Assembly (NCBI GenBank): GCA_963755915.1
Contig: CAVWLP010000003.1
Location: 1,216,001-1,280,000, forward strand
Direction: 5' to 3'
Length of the DNA stretch: 64,000 nucleotides
Source of the DNA: an uncultured Phycisphaerales bacterium
GTDB lineage: Bacteria > Planctomycetota > Phycisphaerae > Tepidisphaerales > Tepidisphaeraceae
The notes below the pieces were generated by a model, which worked only from the letters and a program-made list of their open reading frames with translations, did no database searches and was not told the DNA's origin. Below, in pieces: positions 44,322-53,994 of this stretch; positions within the stretch are counted from its first letter, which is position 1; each line of letters opens with the position of its first letter. A program made the translations under genes and the position numbers.

Positions 44322-45983
44322 TCACGCGTAGCTGTGAAGTCCCACGAGGAAGAAGTTCACGCCGATCCAGTTGAAGAGCATGATCCAGAAGCCCACGAAA
44401 CCCAGGAGCGCCGTCCACCACGCTTTATCGATCGTCACCACACGGACATGCACCGCAATGAGGTAAACCAACCACGTCACCAGCGCGAACGTCTCCTTCG
44501 GATCCCATCCCCACGGCCTGCCCCAGCTCTGATCGGCCCAAATCGCCCCCAGCATGATTCCCGCCCCCAGCATCCAGAACGCGAGCTGAAGGACCACGAG
44601 ATTGCACATATCGAGCGTGGCCAAGAATGAGCCGGGCGAGACGGATCGCGGGCCGGCGCCGAAATAATATTTGCCGAGCCACCAGGTGCTCAGCAGAAAC
44701 GCCCCGCCGATAAGCGAATAACTGGCCGTGACCATGGTGACGTGGATGTAGAGCCAGTAGCTCATCAGCATGCCCTGGACCTGGCCGATTTCTCCGCCGA
44801 TCTGTCGACCGGCAACATAGGGCGCCGCGAAGATGGCGACGAGCGCCAGCATTCCCACGAAGCTGAATGCGGCGCCGAAGAGGCCGCGCGATTTTCGCAA
44901 TTCCAGCGTTAGCCCCACGACCGCGCCGAACCAGGCGGAGCACATGACGCTTTCAAATTCATTTTTGATCGGCGGAAAAATTCCGCCCACCAGCCACCAG
45001 CGGATGGCGATGCCGGTGGTGTGAATGAGCAGCGCGACGATCATGAATCCGATGGCCCAGGGCCGCAGCTTGGCAATGCCCGCCTGGGCGGACATGAGGA
45101 AGAGCACGAACGACAGGAAATAAAATGCCGCCCCGGGAATCGTGAGCATGGTCAGGCGGTTGTACAGCACCTCCGTCATGCGCTTCGCGTGGGACGGATA
45201 GTTGGCCGGATTCACCTGGATGAGCAGATCGGCCAGTGCCGCGGCGCTGCGGTTGACGAGCCCGGCGTCGCGTGATTCCCACCCGTTCACGAGCCCGCCG
45301 TTGGCGGCGAAGATCTGCTCGAAAATCTCCTGCTTATCCTGATAGCCATCCAGCGGCGGCGGCGGGGTTTCGTTGTGCTGCTTGAGAATTTCAACCAGGC
45401 CCGGCACATTGCCAAGAATTTCGGTGGGCGTGTGCCAAAGCCCGTCGCCCCCGCTTGGGGCAGCGGGAATGATTTCCGCCGGGATGAAATCGTGCTGCTG
45501 GCAGATCTGGTCCATCGCTGAAAGGCCGATGAGGACCTGGTTGATCGCCTTGCTTTTGGTCACGCTGGAAGCCTGCACCTGCTGGAGGAGATTCTGAACC
45601 TCGGGCCGCTCGAGGAAGGCGAGAGAGACGGTCCCCTCCTTGACGATCCGCTGTTTTTCCGCGTCGTCGATGTTTTGCAGGTTCTGAAATTCCTCGCGAA
45701 GCGGAACATTCTCGATCTTGATGATGTCGCGGGTGACGTACTGATCGGGGTGGAAGGAAATATCGAGCAGGGTGTAAAGCGACGAATGTCCGTCGAGTTT
45801 TTCATGCCCGGTGATCTGCCAGATCGCCTGGCGGGCGAAAGTGTCGAGGGTCTTCATCGTCTGGTTATTCTGGACGGCAGCCATCTCCAGCGGAGAAAGA
45901 TCGAGCTGCTGCTCGAAATCGTCCGCGAGGGCGGCGGAGCCGAGGGCGAGTAAGGCGACGATGGCGAACAGGATCGATTTCAT
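44322..45983 (-). CDS. ccsA: Cytochrome c biogenesis protein CcsA/ResC (system II)
   Basis: WADQSWGRPWGWDPKET WWD motif, YWLYIHV and terminal GLHSYA. Confidence 0.9.
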   Translation of the reverse strand: MKSILFAIVALLALGSAALADDFEQQLDLSPLEMAAVQNNQTMKTLDTFARQAIWQITGHEKLDGHSSLYTLLDISFHPDQYVTRDIIKIENVPLREEFQNLQNIDDAEKQRIVKEGTVSLAFLERPEVQNLLQQVQASSVTKSKAINQVLIGLSAMDQICQQHDFIPAEIIPAAPSGGDGLWHTPTEILGNVPGLVEILKQHNETPPPPLDGYQDKQEIFEQIFAANGGLVNGWESRDAGLVNRSAAALADLLIQVNPANYPSHAKRMTEVLYNRLTMLTIPGAAFYFLSFVLFLMSAQAGIAKLRPWAIGFMIVALLIHTTGIAIRWWLVGGIFPPIKNEFESVMCSAWFGAVVGLTLELRKSRGLFGAAFSFVGMLALVAIFAAPYVAGRQIGGEIGQVQGMLMSYWLYIHVTMVTASYSLIGGAFLLSTWWLGKYYFGAGPRSVSPGSFLATLDMCNLVVLQLAFWMLGAGIMLGAIWADQSWGRPWGWDPKETFALVTWLVYLIAVHVRVVTIDKAWWTALLGFVGFWIMLFNWIGVNFFLVGLHSYA

Positions 45984-47967
45984 TGCGCGACCAACTCCGT
46001 TTTTTTTGCGGCCGCCCTGGCGATGGCATTCTGCTTCATGCGGCGAATGACGATCGGCTTCAGGTAGAAGGCATAGAGAAGACCCGTCACGATCATGATG
46101 CAACCCGCGAGCATGATATCAACCCCGGGGCGGTTTCCGACGCCGACGGTGGAGGACTGGCCGTCCGGGTCGTAGCCCGCCTGGAAGAAAATCCAGTTGC
46201 CATGATCGTAATAGATCGGGCTGTTAAGGCTGGCGACTTGCGTTTCCGAGTCGCCGTCGGGGTCGGTCATTTCTAGGGTGGACCGGAAGTCGCGAAACAT
46301 GCCGCTGCCCGTGGTAAGCCCGCCGGGATAGGGGACCATGTCGAAGTTCTTGAGATGAAGAGCAACCGGCATGGGCCGGCAGGTAAAGCCGAGCTGGAGT
46401 TGAAGGGGAGCGCTGGCGCCGGGGATCTGCACCACGCCCATGGTCCAGGGGATCATCGGTTCCAGGAGCATGGGATCGGGCGCGGATAGAGATCGCAGGG
46501 CATGGGGACGTCCTGCGACCAGTTTCCGCAGGTGACCCGGGCGATGAGAACCTGCTTGACGCCCGATTCCCCCTGGTCCTTGATCTGATTCTGGGGCGGG
46601 GTGGGAATGACGCGGTCCTGGATTTGGAAGTGAGCCCGGCGATGAACCGTGGCCGCGGTGGGCTGGTTGTCGAGGGCAATGGAGATTTGTCCGCCCTGGG
46701 TGAAATCGGTGATTTTCGCGGGGGCGGTGAAAGTGGTGTGGATGTCGAGGAGGGATTTGTCGCCGGAGGCGAGGAAGAGGTGTTTTTCGTCGCTGCCGCT
46801 GGGAAGGAGTGCTGCCGGATCGGTCACGAGAAAATCGAGGTCGAGGTCTTTGTCGATCGGCGTTTTCTGGCGGTTGCCTTTCACGAATGGCGGGGTGGTG
46901 CTGGGATCCATCTTGAAATCGGTCTGCGTGGATTTGCCGGCGAGGATCATGCGCCAGAATTCCTTGCCGCCCGGGGGGACGATGTGAAGCGTCAGTGCCT
47001 GCACGATTTCGTGGGTGCCGAACATGGGGAAGGCGGGATTATATGATTCGACGGTGATGGTGTAGCCGGGGGAAAGCTTCGTGGCGTTGCCGATGCCCGC
47101 TTCGAATTTCTGGGGGGGCTGATTGGGGAGGGTGGCGGTTAGTGAGAAGATTCGGTTGACGGAATCGCGGATGTCGGAGACGGAGGCATCGGAAACCTGG
47201 CGGTATTCCAGTTCCGTGTTGCCGAAGAACTGGTGGGCGGCGGATGGATCGATGGTGCGAAGCATGACCGGGGGCTTGCCGTCCATGGAGACCTGGACGC
47301 CGACTTCGGAGGAGGAGGGGTCGTCGAGAATATCTTCCTGTACTTCGGCGTAGGCGTAGAAGCCGACGATGTCGATGGCGACGGGCTGCGAAACGCCGAG
47401 CCAGTCGGAGAGCTCGTTGGAGGTATCGGACTGCAGGCCGATGGGGATGAAATTGTGAATGCCGGTGAGGTCTTTGCGATGGAGGCGGTCGGGATCGTGG
47501 TCCTGGTCGTAATTGCCGAAGCGCGGCAGGGAGGGGAGCGGGCGCATGCCGTACATTTCGCCTTTCAGGACGCGGGCGTAGAGGGCGCGCTCTTCGGAAT
47601 CGTAAAAGAGATTTACAACATGGTTTACGGGGATGAGGGTTTTGCCTTCGACCTTCAGGTGGTAGTAGAGGGAGGTGCCGACGATGAGGGTGATGATGCC
47701 GCTGTGGATGCACCACACGCCATAGCGCGGCGGCGTGAGGGGGATGCGGTTGAGGGTGACCGTCGCAAGGTTCAGGCACAGCAGCAGCATCATCAGCTTC
47801 AGCGGCCAGGCGTCGAAGAATTCGAGTTCGTTGAGCTCGAAGTATTCGCGGACGGCGGGGAGTCCGGAGCCGACGGCAATATAGAGCCCGATGAGGATCA
47901 TCAGCGTGATCCCGAAGATCACGTTGTTCAGCGTGTAGGCGATGAGAATTCTGGCGAATCTGGCCAC
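45980..47967 (-). CDS. ResB-like cytochrome c biogenesis protein; frameshift near 46485
   Basis: N-terminal TMs with 'GVWCIHSG', C-terminal 'LNSPIYY..FFQAGYDP...GVGNRPG' + TM. ATGA-coupled to ccsA. Confidence 0.8.
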
Positions 47968-48068
47968 GGTGGTTGAAGATCGGCGATTCTAGAGGGGGGG
48001 CGGCGCAATTCCAGCAGGCGAATCGTCACAGGGGGACAAATCACCCCGCAATTTTTTTATTTTTCCTC

Positions 48069-48114
48069 TTTACAGTCGGTATTTGTTAGGTATTATGATA
48101 CCCTAACAAACACC
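48069..48114 (+). promoter_or_regulatory. Sigma70-like promoter overlapped by an operator-like palindrome
   Basis: TTTACA-N16-TATTAT, with inverted repeat GGTATTTGTTAGG...CCTAACAAACACC. Confidence 0.55.
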
Positions 48115-48131
48115 AATCAAGGAGCAATGGA

Positions 48132-48728
48132 ATGCTGACAGTGAGATATATTGAGAGGATGTGGGAAGGGCGGAAATATCAGCGGCTTTTGGATGAATTG
48201 ATTGGCCCGCGGGTGGAGGCGCTGGCCGCCGGTGAATTGCGGGAGATGCCGACAGCAGCAGCGGCCGCGATGGCCCTGGTTCGGCTCGACGAAATGCTCC
48301 AGGCGCATGTCCCGATCTGCGGAATATTGATCCGAACCCTCATTGCCTTTCAGGACGCCGACGGGGGCTGGGGAGACGTGGCAACCACCGCCCTTTGCGT
48401 GCGGGCTCTTTCCCTTCAAAACGGGCAGGGGGCGGTCATTGAGCGGGGGATTCAATATCTCGCGATATTGCAACAGCCCGAGGGGATTTGGCCGAATATT
48501 CCGATTCGGCGCATGCCGGAGGATGCGCTGGTCTCGGCATTCGTGATGCTCCAACTTGCGGATAATTCGCGGTTTGAGGAGGTAGTAAGATTTGACGCTG
48601 CTGTCCAGTGGTTTACGGGGCGGCGAGGATTTCTGGACGAGAATGCGCGGGCGATCTGGGATCAGGCTCGCCTCCGTCTGCCGGCGCACAGCACAACCCG
48701 CGCTGGGGCGGAGGCGAGCTGGTCCTGA
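48132..48728 (+). CDS. Hypothetical protein with prenyltransferase/squalene-cyclase QW-like repeats
   Basis: RBS AAGGAG; FQDADGGWG and LQQPEGIWP. Confidence 0.6.
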   Translation: MLTVRYIERMWEGRKYQRLLDELIGPRVEALAAGELREMPTAAAAAMALVRLDEMLQAHVPICGILIRTLIAFQDADGGWGDVATTALCVRALSLQNGQGAVIERGIQYLAILQQPEGIWPNIPIRRMPEDALVSAFVMLQLADNSRFEEVVRFDAAVQWFTGRRGFLDENARAIWDQARLRLPAHSTTRAGAEASWS

Positions 48729-48763
48729 TCCGGTGGGTTGGAATGGTTGATTAAGTTCGAATA

Positions 48764-48819
48764 GCGCCGGGCGGTTCGACACAGCTCACCGAAGTCAAGC
48801 CCGGCGGCTACACGGGGAG
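48764..48819. repeat. GTAG-type REP-like palindrome filled with the 24-bp micro-element (48773-48796)
   Basis: GCGCCGGGC[GGTTCGACACAGCTCACCGAAGTC]AAGCCCGGCGGCTACACGGGGAG. Confidence 0.85.
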
Positions 48820-48843
48820 CGATCAGGATCGTAGGATTGGGGC

Positions 48844-49933
48844 ATGGGTGAGGTTGCGGATCGGTTGCCGAAGGCTGTCGCGGTGATTGAGCGCGGTTGT
48901 GCGGCGGGATTGCATACCGGGGCGCAGATTTATGTTTTGCGCGGGGGTCAGGCCGTCGTCGATGCGGGGATTGGCAAGGCGCGGTCGGATATTCCAATGA
49001 CATCCGATTCGATTCTTCTCTGGCTCTCGGCGGGCAAGCCGCTGGCGAGCGTAATGTTCGGCAGATTGTGGGAGGCCACCGCAGTGGGCCTCGATGATCC
49101 CGTCGTCAAATTTATTCCCGAGTTTGCGGCGCGAGGCAAGGAGGGAATCACCGTTCGTCATCTGCTCACGCATACCGCGGGAATACGTATGGTCCAGTGG
49201 TCGCCCTCCTGGGAGGAGACGATCGCCCGGATCTGCGCGGCGCCGATTGAACCGCGGTGGATCCCCGGAAGAACGGCGGGCTATCACCCCCTCACGGCGT
49301 GGTACGTCCTGGGCGAAATTTTCCGGCGGGTTGATCCCGCCCATCGGCCTTATGAGCGCCTCATCGCCGAGGAGATTTTCGAGCGTGTCGGCATGAAAGA
49401 TTGTTTTCTGGCGATGACCGGCGAAGAGTTTCGCCAGCTTTCCGACAGGATCGCCCCTTTGAGCCTAACCAATGCGTCCAAGGCTTCGCCACCGACGTTT
49501 GATACTGAAGCGGGATGTTCGATCTGCTCCCCGGGGGCAAGCGCGAGGCCCAGCGCGCGAGCTCGGGAAATTTTACGAGATGCCTCTGGACGGCGGCCGA
49601 GGCGTGATTTCACCGCAGACGGTTGAAGCCCTTACCGCGCGGCATCGCGCCGGCGTCGAGGATTTGACCTTCAAGGCGATCATCGATTGGGGGCTTGGAT
49701 TTATCATCGATTCAAAGCAGTACGGGCAACAAGCACCGTATGGATATGGGCCCTATGCATCGCCGCGGACCTTCGGGCATTCGGGGAATCAATCTTCGGT
49801 GGGGTTTGCCGATCCGGAGAATGGCCTGGTGGTCGTGGTGATTTTTAATGGGATGCCCGGTGAGGAAGCCCATCAGCAAAGAAGGCGCGAGACGCTGGCG
49901 GCGATTTATGAGGACCTGGGAATCACGTCATAG
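48844..49933 (+). CDS. Serine hydrolase, beta-lactamase class C-like; frameshift near 49546
   Basis: SAGK (SxxK), ITVRHLLTHTAG, AGYH, FGHSG. Confidence 0.9.
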
Positions 49934-51765
49934 CTATTTGGCGCGGGAATGCCGTAGTACGTTTTCGAGAAGCGGGTGAGTTCATCCTTGTCGCGCGAGA
50001 CGACGGCGTCTTTCGGCATACCTTCCAGCCAATCCCGCTCGATGGATTTATTGGGATCGCTGGTATCTACATCGAAGACGGTTTTATAGTTCAGGCGGGA
50101 CATGGGGATTTGATACCAGAAGGCGCTGGCGTCGCCGACGAGGTCGAGCGTGCGGTCGCCGAGAGTGCGGGTATCGACAAGGCGGAAGCCTTCGAGATTT
50201 TCCCGGCCGATCAGGGCAACTTTCGTGTGATCGATTTCCAGATATTTTCCCAGCTTCTGTACCAGGAAGACGCAGGAAAAACAGGACAGGCCCACGGCAG
50301 CGCAGGCGCACAGTGTGATCCACGGACGCGAGTCGATCATCGCAATCATCAGGACGAGAATGGGGATTGCAGGAGTCATGAAACGGCTTTGCAGATGGGT
50401 GAATCCCATCCAGAAGATCGATTGAAAAAGCAGCAAAATCGCGAGGAAGATCATGGGCGGTTTGCGGATCCCCAAAACCAGCGCCACCCCGGCGAGAGGA
50501 AAGAGGGCGTAGCCGAAGCGCGGGTCGGCGAGGACTTCATTCCAGAAGGCTTTGTGATGGCCGGAAGGTGAGCGATAGCGCGGGTCGGGAAGATAGGCGT
50601 TTTCCCATCGCTGCGCCTGGACCGGCGTGAAATGATCGCGGCCGAAAACGCTCATGGCTTCGGGGAAAACCGGATTGCCGGACCATTGCCAGTCTTTGAT
50701 GAGCCAGGGGGAAAGCAGCAAGACCGCGGCGAGAAGATAGGCGGCGATGGGCAGGAAAATGCGCGGCGATGCCGCGGCGAGAATGGCAGCAAGGGGAATG
50801 CCGACGAAGACGAGCGGAGCGACGGAAAGTTTTGTCCCCGCGGCCAGTCCCGCGAAAACGCCGGCGACGGCGAAGGTTTGCCAGGTCTTGGCGCGGAGTG
50901 ACCAGGCGATGGCGAGCGTGATAAAGAGAAGCGTGCCCCCTTCGTTATAGGCGATGGGTGCGAGGAGGCCGGTCCAGGGGGTGGCGAAGAGAAGAGCGCC
51001 GGCGACGATGCCGCGCGATTTTCCGCCGGCCGCGGCGAAAGCTGCCCAGGCGGCCAGGGCGCAGAAGCCGACGTGCATGAACTGTGCGAAGTACATTCCG
51101 GCCCAGGGACCGCCGTGGAGGAACATCGCGAGGAGATAGTGCATCTCGACGTTGAAAGGGAAAAACGAGAAAACATTGTGGTGAAGCGGATCAATTCGTC
51201 CGGCTTCGAACCATTCGCGGGGAACCTGGAGGTGATATTCGACGACGTCGTAGCCGTTGGGTTCGTCGCCCCAGAGAAGTCCCGGCGGGAAACAGGCCGC
51301 CAGGGCGATGATCCCCCCCACCGCGGCAGTGGCGATCCAAATCGCGCCGGCAGAGACCGGTTTTTGCAGCCATGCGCCGGCGTCCCAACTTTTGTTGCGA
51401 GCGTAGAGGGTGATGAGGGCGATCAGATCGCCGAGGCAGATGATGGCGACCGCGAAAATCTGGTTCATCCAGCCGAGGAGGCCGAGGAAGAGGACGAGGA
51501 GGGAAATGATTCCCAGGCCCAGCGCGATGGAGGTGACGATGAGGAGCGAGTCGATGGGGTGTGCTGGCAAAACAGATTTCGCGGCCAGCCAGCCGATTCC
51601 GCCGGCGGCGAGGAGCCAGAGGAAAGCCAAGCCGCCGTCCTGCAAAAGGCGGTAGAGGGCCAGACCCCAGGATGGGCCGGCAAGGGTGAAAAAGATTGAA
51701 AGGAAAACGATGGCGCCGACCACGAATGCAGCGGCGCGGGATTTGAGTGCGGTGGCCAGATTCAC
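49906..51765 (-). CDS. Multi-TM GT-C-type (ArnT/PMT-like) membrane glycosyltransferase
   Basis: YDVVEYHLQVPREW, AGLAAGTK and PWLIK...GNPVFP. GTGA-coupled to hemA. Confidence 0.7.
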   Translation of the reverse strand: MNLATALKSRAAAFVVGAIVFLSIFFTLAGPSWGLALYRLLQDGGLAFLWLLAAGGIGWLAAKSVLPAHPIDSLLIVTSIALGLGIISLLVLFLGLLGWMNQIFAVAIICLGDLIALITLYARNKSWDAGAWLQKPVSAGAIWIATAAVGGIIALAACFPPGLLWGDEPNGYDVVEYHLQVPREWFEAGRIDPLHHNVFSFFPFNVEMHYLLAMFLHGGPWAGMYFAQFMHVGFCALAAWAAFAAAGGKSRGIVAGALLFATPWTGLLAPIAYNEGGTLLFITLAIAWSLRAKTWQTFAVAGVFAGLAAGTKLSVAPLVFVGIPLAAILAAASPRIFLPIAAYLLAAVLLLSPWLIKDWQWSGNPVFPEAMSVFGRDHFTPVQAQRWENAYLPDPRYRSPSGHHKAFWNEVLADPRFGYALFPLAGVALVLGIRKPPMIFLAILLLFQSIFWMGFTHLQSRFMTPAIPILVLMIAMIDSRPWITLCACAAVGLSCFSCVFLVQKLGKYLEIDHTKVALIGRENLEGFRLVDTRTLGDRTLDLVGDASAFWYQIPMSRLNYKTVFDVDTSDPNKSIERDWLEGMPKDAVVSRDKDELTRFSKTYYGIPAPNSYDVIPRSS

Positions 51766-53156
51766 GCCTCACCGTCGGAATTAACGCTACCCCCACCCTG
51801 ACCCTCCCCTCTTCGAGCCTGAGCCTCAGAGCCGAAGGCCGGAGGATCGAGGGAGGGGGGGGAGGGGAGAGACGGCGGCTCCTCTTCGAGCTTGAAGAGT
51901 TTCTCGACGGCATGGAGATATTGGGTCATGGGGGCGTGCAGCGCATCGGACCCGCGGAGGACCTGGATGGGGTCGTGCAAGAGTTTGTTGACGATTCGGC
52001 GGGTGAGTTCTTCGAGGTGCTGCTTGTCCGTAGGCGTGATGCCGGAGAGCTTGGAGATGGTTTTGTGAAGCTCGTCGAGGGCGACGGCGTGGGAACGCTG
52101 GCGAAGGTGGTCGATGAGCGGACCGAGCATGCGGGCGCGGTGCCAGACGATGAATTCGGCGACCTGCTGGTCGACGATCTGCGCCGCGACCTGGGCGGCC
52201 GCGGAGCGATTTTCCTGGTTGGCCTCGATGGCCCGCTGCAGGTCGTCGAGGTTGTAGAGATAGACGTTTTGGATGTTGCCGACATCGGAGGCGACGTCGC
52301 GCGGGAGGCCGATGTCGATGATGAAGACGGGGCGATACCTTCGGCGGCGGATAACGGCGTCGAAGATGGGGCGGGTGATGATGGGGTGCTGGGCGCCGGT
52401 GCCGGTGATGATGATGTCGGCGGCGGTGAGGTGGTCGGGGAGATTTTCCATGCCGCAGGCCGTGGCGGAGAATTTTTCGGCCAGGAGCCTGGCCTTTTCC
52501 AGGTCGCGGTTGCAGATGAGAAGTTTGCCGGGCTTGAGGGCGGAGACGGCGCTTAAGACAAGCTCGCCCATTTTTCCGGCGCCGATGTTGAGGACGGTTT
52601 TGTCGGTGAAGACGTCAAAGATTCGCCGCGCGTATTGGACGGCGACGCTGGCGACGGAGGTGCGGCCTTCGCTGAGGGGAGTTTGGGAACGGACCTGCTT
52701 GCCCACGGCGATGGCGCGCTGGAAGAGAGGATGCAACATCGGCCCGGCCGCCCCGGTGGCGGCGGCGGCTTCGTAGGCTTCGCGCACCTGGCCGAGGATC
52801 TGGGTTTCGCCGACGACCATGGAATCGAGGGAAGCGGCGACGGAAAACAGGTGGCTGATGACGTCGCGCTCCGATTTGCTGTAGAGGTTGTTTTCGAATT
52901 CTTCGGGCGGCACGTTGCGAAGACCGGCGAGGAAACCGGTCAGCTCATGCTCGCGGGGATGGCCGTGGGTTGGGCGGGCCAGGTAAATCTCCGTGCGGTT
53001 GCAGGTCGAGAGAAGGACGGCTTCGCACTCCGGGAATTTCTGGCGGACCTCTGCCAGGGCCTGGTTTCGCTGGTCGCTCGAGAAGGCAAGGCGCTTGCGC
53101 AGCTCCAGCGGGGCGGTTTTGTGATTCAGTCCCAGGAGAAGCAGTCGTTGCATCAT
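51762..53156 (-). CDS. hemA: Glutamyl-tRNA reductase
   Basis: GLNHKTAPLELR, LSTCNRTE, SLDSMVVGETQILGQV, IGAGKMG, DIGLPRD. Confidence 0.97.
   Translation of the reverse strand: MMQRLLLLGLNHKTAPLELRKRLAFSSDQRNQALAEVRQKFPECEAVLLSTCNRTEIYLARPTHGHPREHELTGFLAGLRNVPPEEFENNLYSKSERDVISHLFSVAASLDSMVVGETQILGQVREAYEAAAATGAAGPMLHPLFQRAIAVGKQVRSQTPLSEGRTSVASVAVQYARRIFDVFTDKTVLNIGAGKMGELVLSAVSALKPGKLLICNRDLEKARLLAEKFSATACGMENLPDHLTAADIIITGTGAQHPIITRPIFDAVIRRRRYRPVFIIDIGLPRDVASDVGNIQNVYLYNLDDLQRAIEANQENRSAAAQVAAQIVDQQVAEFIVWHRARMLGPLIDHLRQRSHAVALDELHKTISKLSGITPTDKQHLEELTRRIVNKLLHDPIQVLRGSDALHAPMTQYLHAVEKLFKLEEEPPSLPSPPSLDPPAFGSEAQARRGEGQGGGSVNSDGEA
51790..51862. repeat. CCCTCCCC-family palindrome with a 30-bp micro-element insert (51810-51839), within the hemA 3' end
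   Basis: CCCCCACCCTGACCCTCCCC[TCTTCGAGCCTGAGCCTCAGAGCCGAAGGC]CGGAGGATCGAGGGAGGG. Confidence 0.75.
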
Positions 53157-53160
53157 TCGA

Positions 53161-53994
53161 TTACCGGCCTGCGGGCATAAACATAACGGTGATAATGGTA
53201 GCGACCATCAGCACAAACCCGACGATGCTGAGCATGGCCGACTTCCGTCCACGAACGGCGGGCGTAATCGGCGTGTGCAGGGCGACGGCGTAAACGAGCC
53301 AGACGGAGAAGGCGAGAAGCACCTTGGGGCTGGTCATCCAGTGCGGCCCGAGGCGCGTGTTGGGCCCGGCCTGGATGATTTTCGCCACGCCCGTGACGAT
53401 CCCAATGGTCAGCAGCGCAAACCCGAAGGTGACGGCCCAGTAGGTGAAGTTCTCCAATCGTTCGAGGCTCGCCCCGGGGGCTTCGGCGATGCCCGCCTTT
53501 CGGCGCAGCCTGGCGCTGGCGAGGAGGTAGCAGGCGCCGACGGCGGCGGCAACGCCGAAGGCCGCCATGCCGGCGAAGCTGCTGGTGCGGTGGATCAGAT
53601 TCCAAAGACCAGCCGACTGATTGGCGGTCGATGGGTAGATCCCGAAAAGGGCCGAGCAGATGAGAAGCAGCATGACAACGGGAAGCAGGAACCAATCGAG
53701 ACCGGGGATGGGGCGGTGGCGCTGGATGTAAAGCGTGAAGCCGGCGAGGAGGATCGCGAGCGTCGCCATCGTTTCGAAATTGTCGGCCATGGGCAGCCAG
53801 GTTCCGCGTGCGACGGATCGCCAGATCACCGCGGCCAGGGCGAAGCAGATTCCGAAATATGCGAGGGATTTCGCGGTGAGACGAAGCGTGTTGCCAGGCT
53901 TCCAGATGCGCACGATGGAACAGAGTGCGCCGGAAAGGAAGAGGGCCGCGGAGATGAGAATCAGGGCGATCTGCCCGGCGGTGACGGAATTCAT
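53161..53994 (-). CDS. CcsA/HemX-like membrane protein of the hemA operon
   Basis: About 8 TMs; SLERLE...GFALLTIGIVTG...W...PKV. Confidence 0.8.
   Translation of the reverse strand: MNSVTAGQIALILISAALFLSGALCSIVRIWKPGNTLRLTAKSLAYFGICFALAAVIWRSVARGTWLPMADNFETMATLAILLAGFTLYIQRHRPIPGLDWFLLPVVMLLLICSALFGIYPSTANQSAGLWNLIHRTSSFAGMAAFGVAAAVGACYLLASARLRRKAGIAEAPGASLERLENFTYWAVTFGFALLTIGIVTGVAKIIQAGPNTRLGPHWMTSPKVLLAFSVWLVYAVALHTPITPAVRGRKSAMLSIVGFVLMVATIITVMFMPAGR

Noticed and set aside
48844-49933. Antibiotic-resistance beta-lactamase
   Set aside because: The motifs fit the broad esterase/serine-hydrolase family, with nothing specific for AmpC activity.
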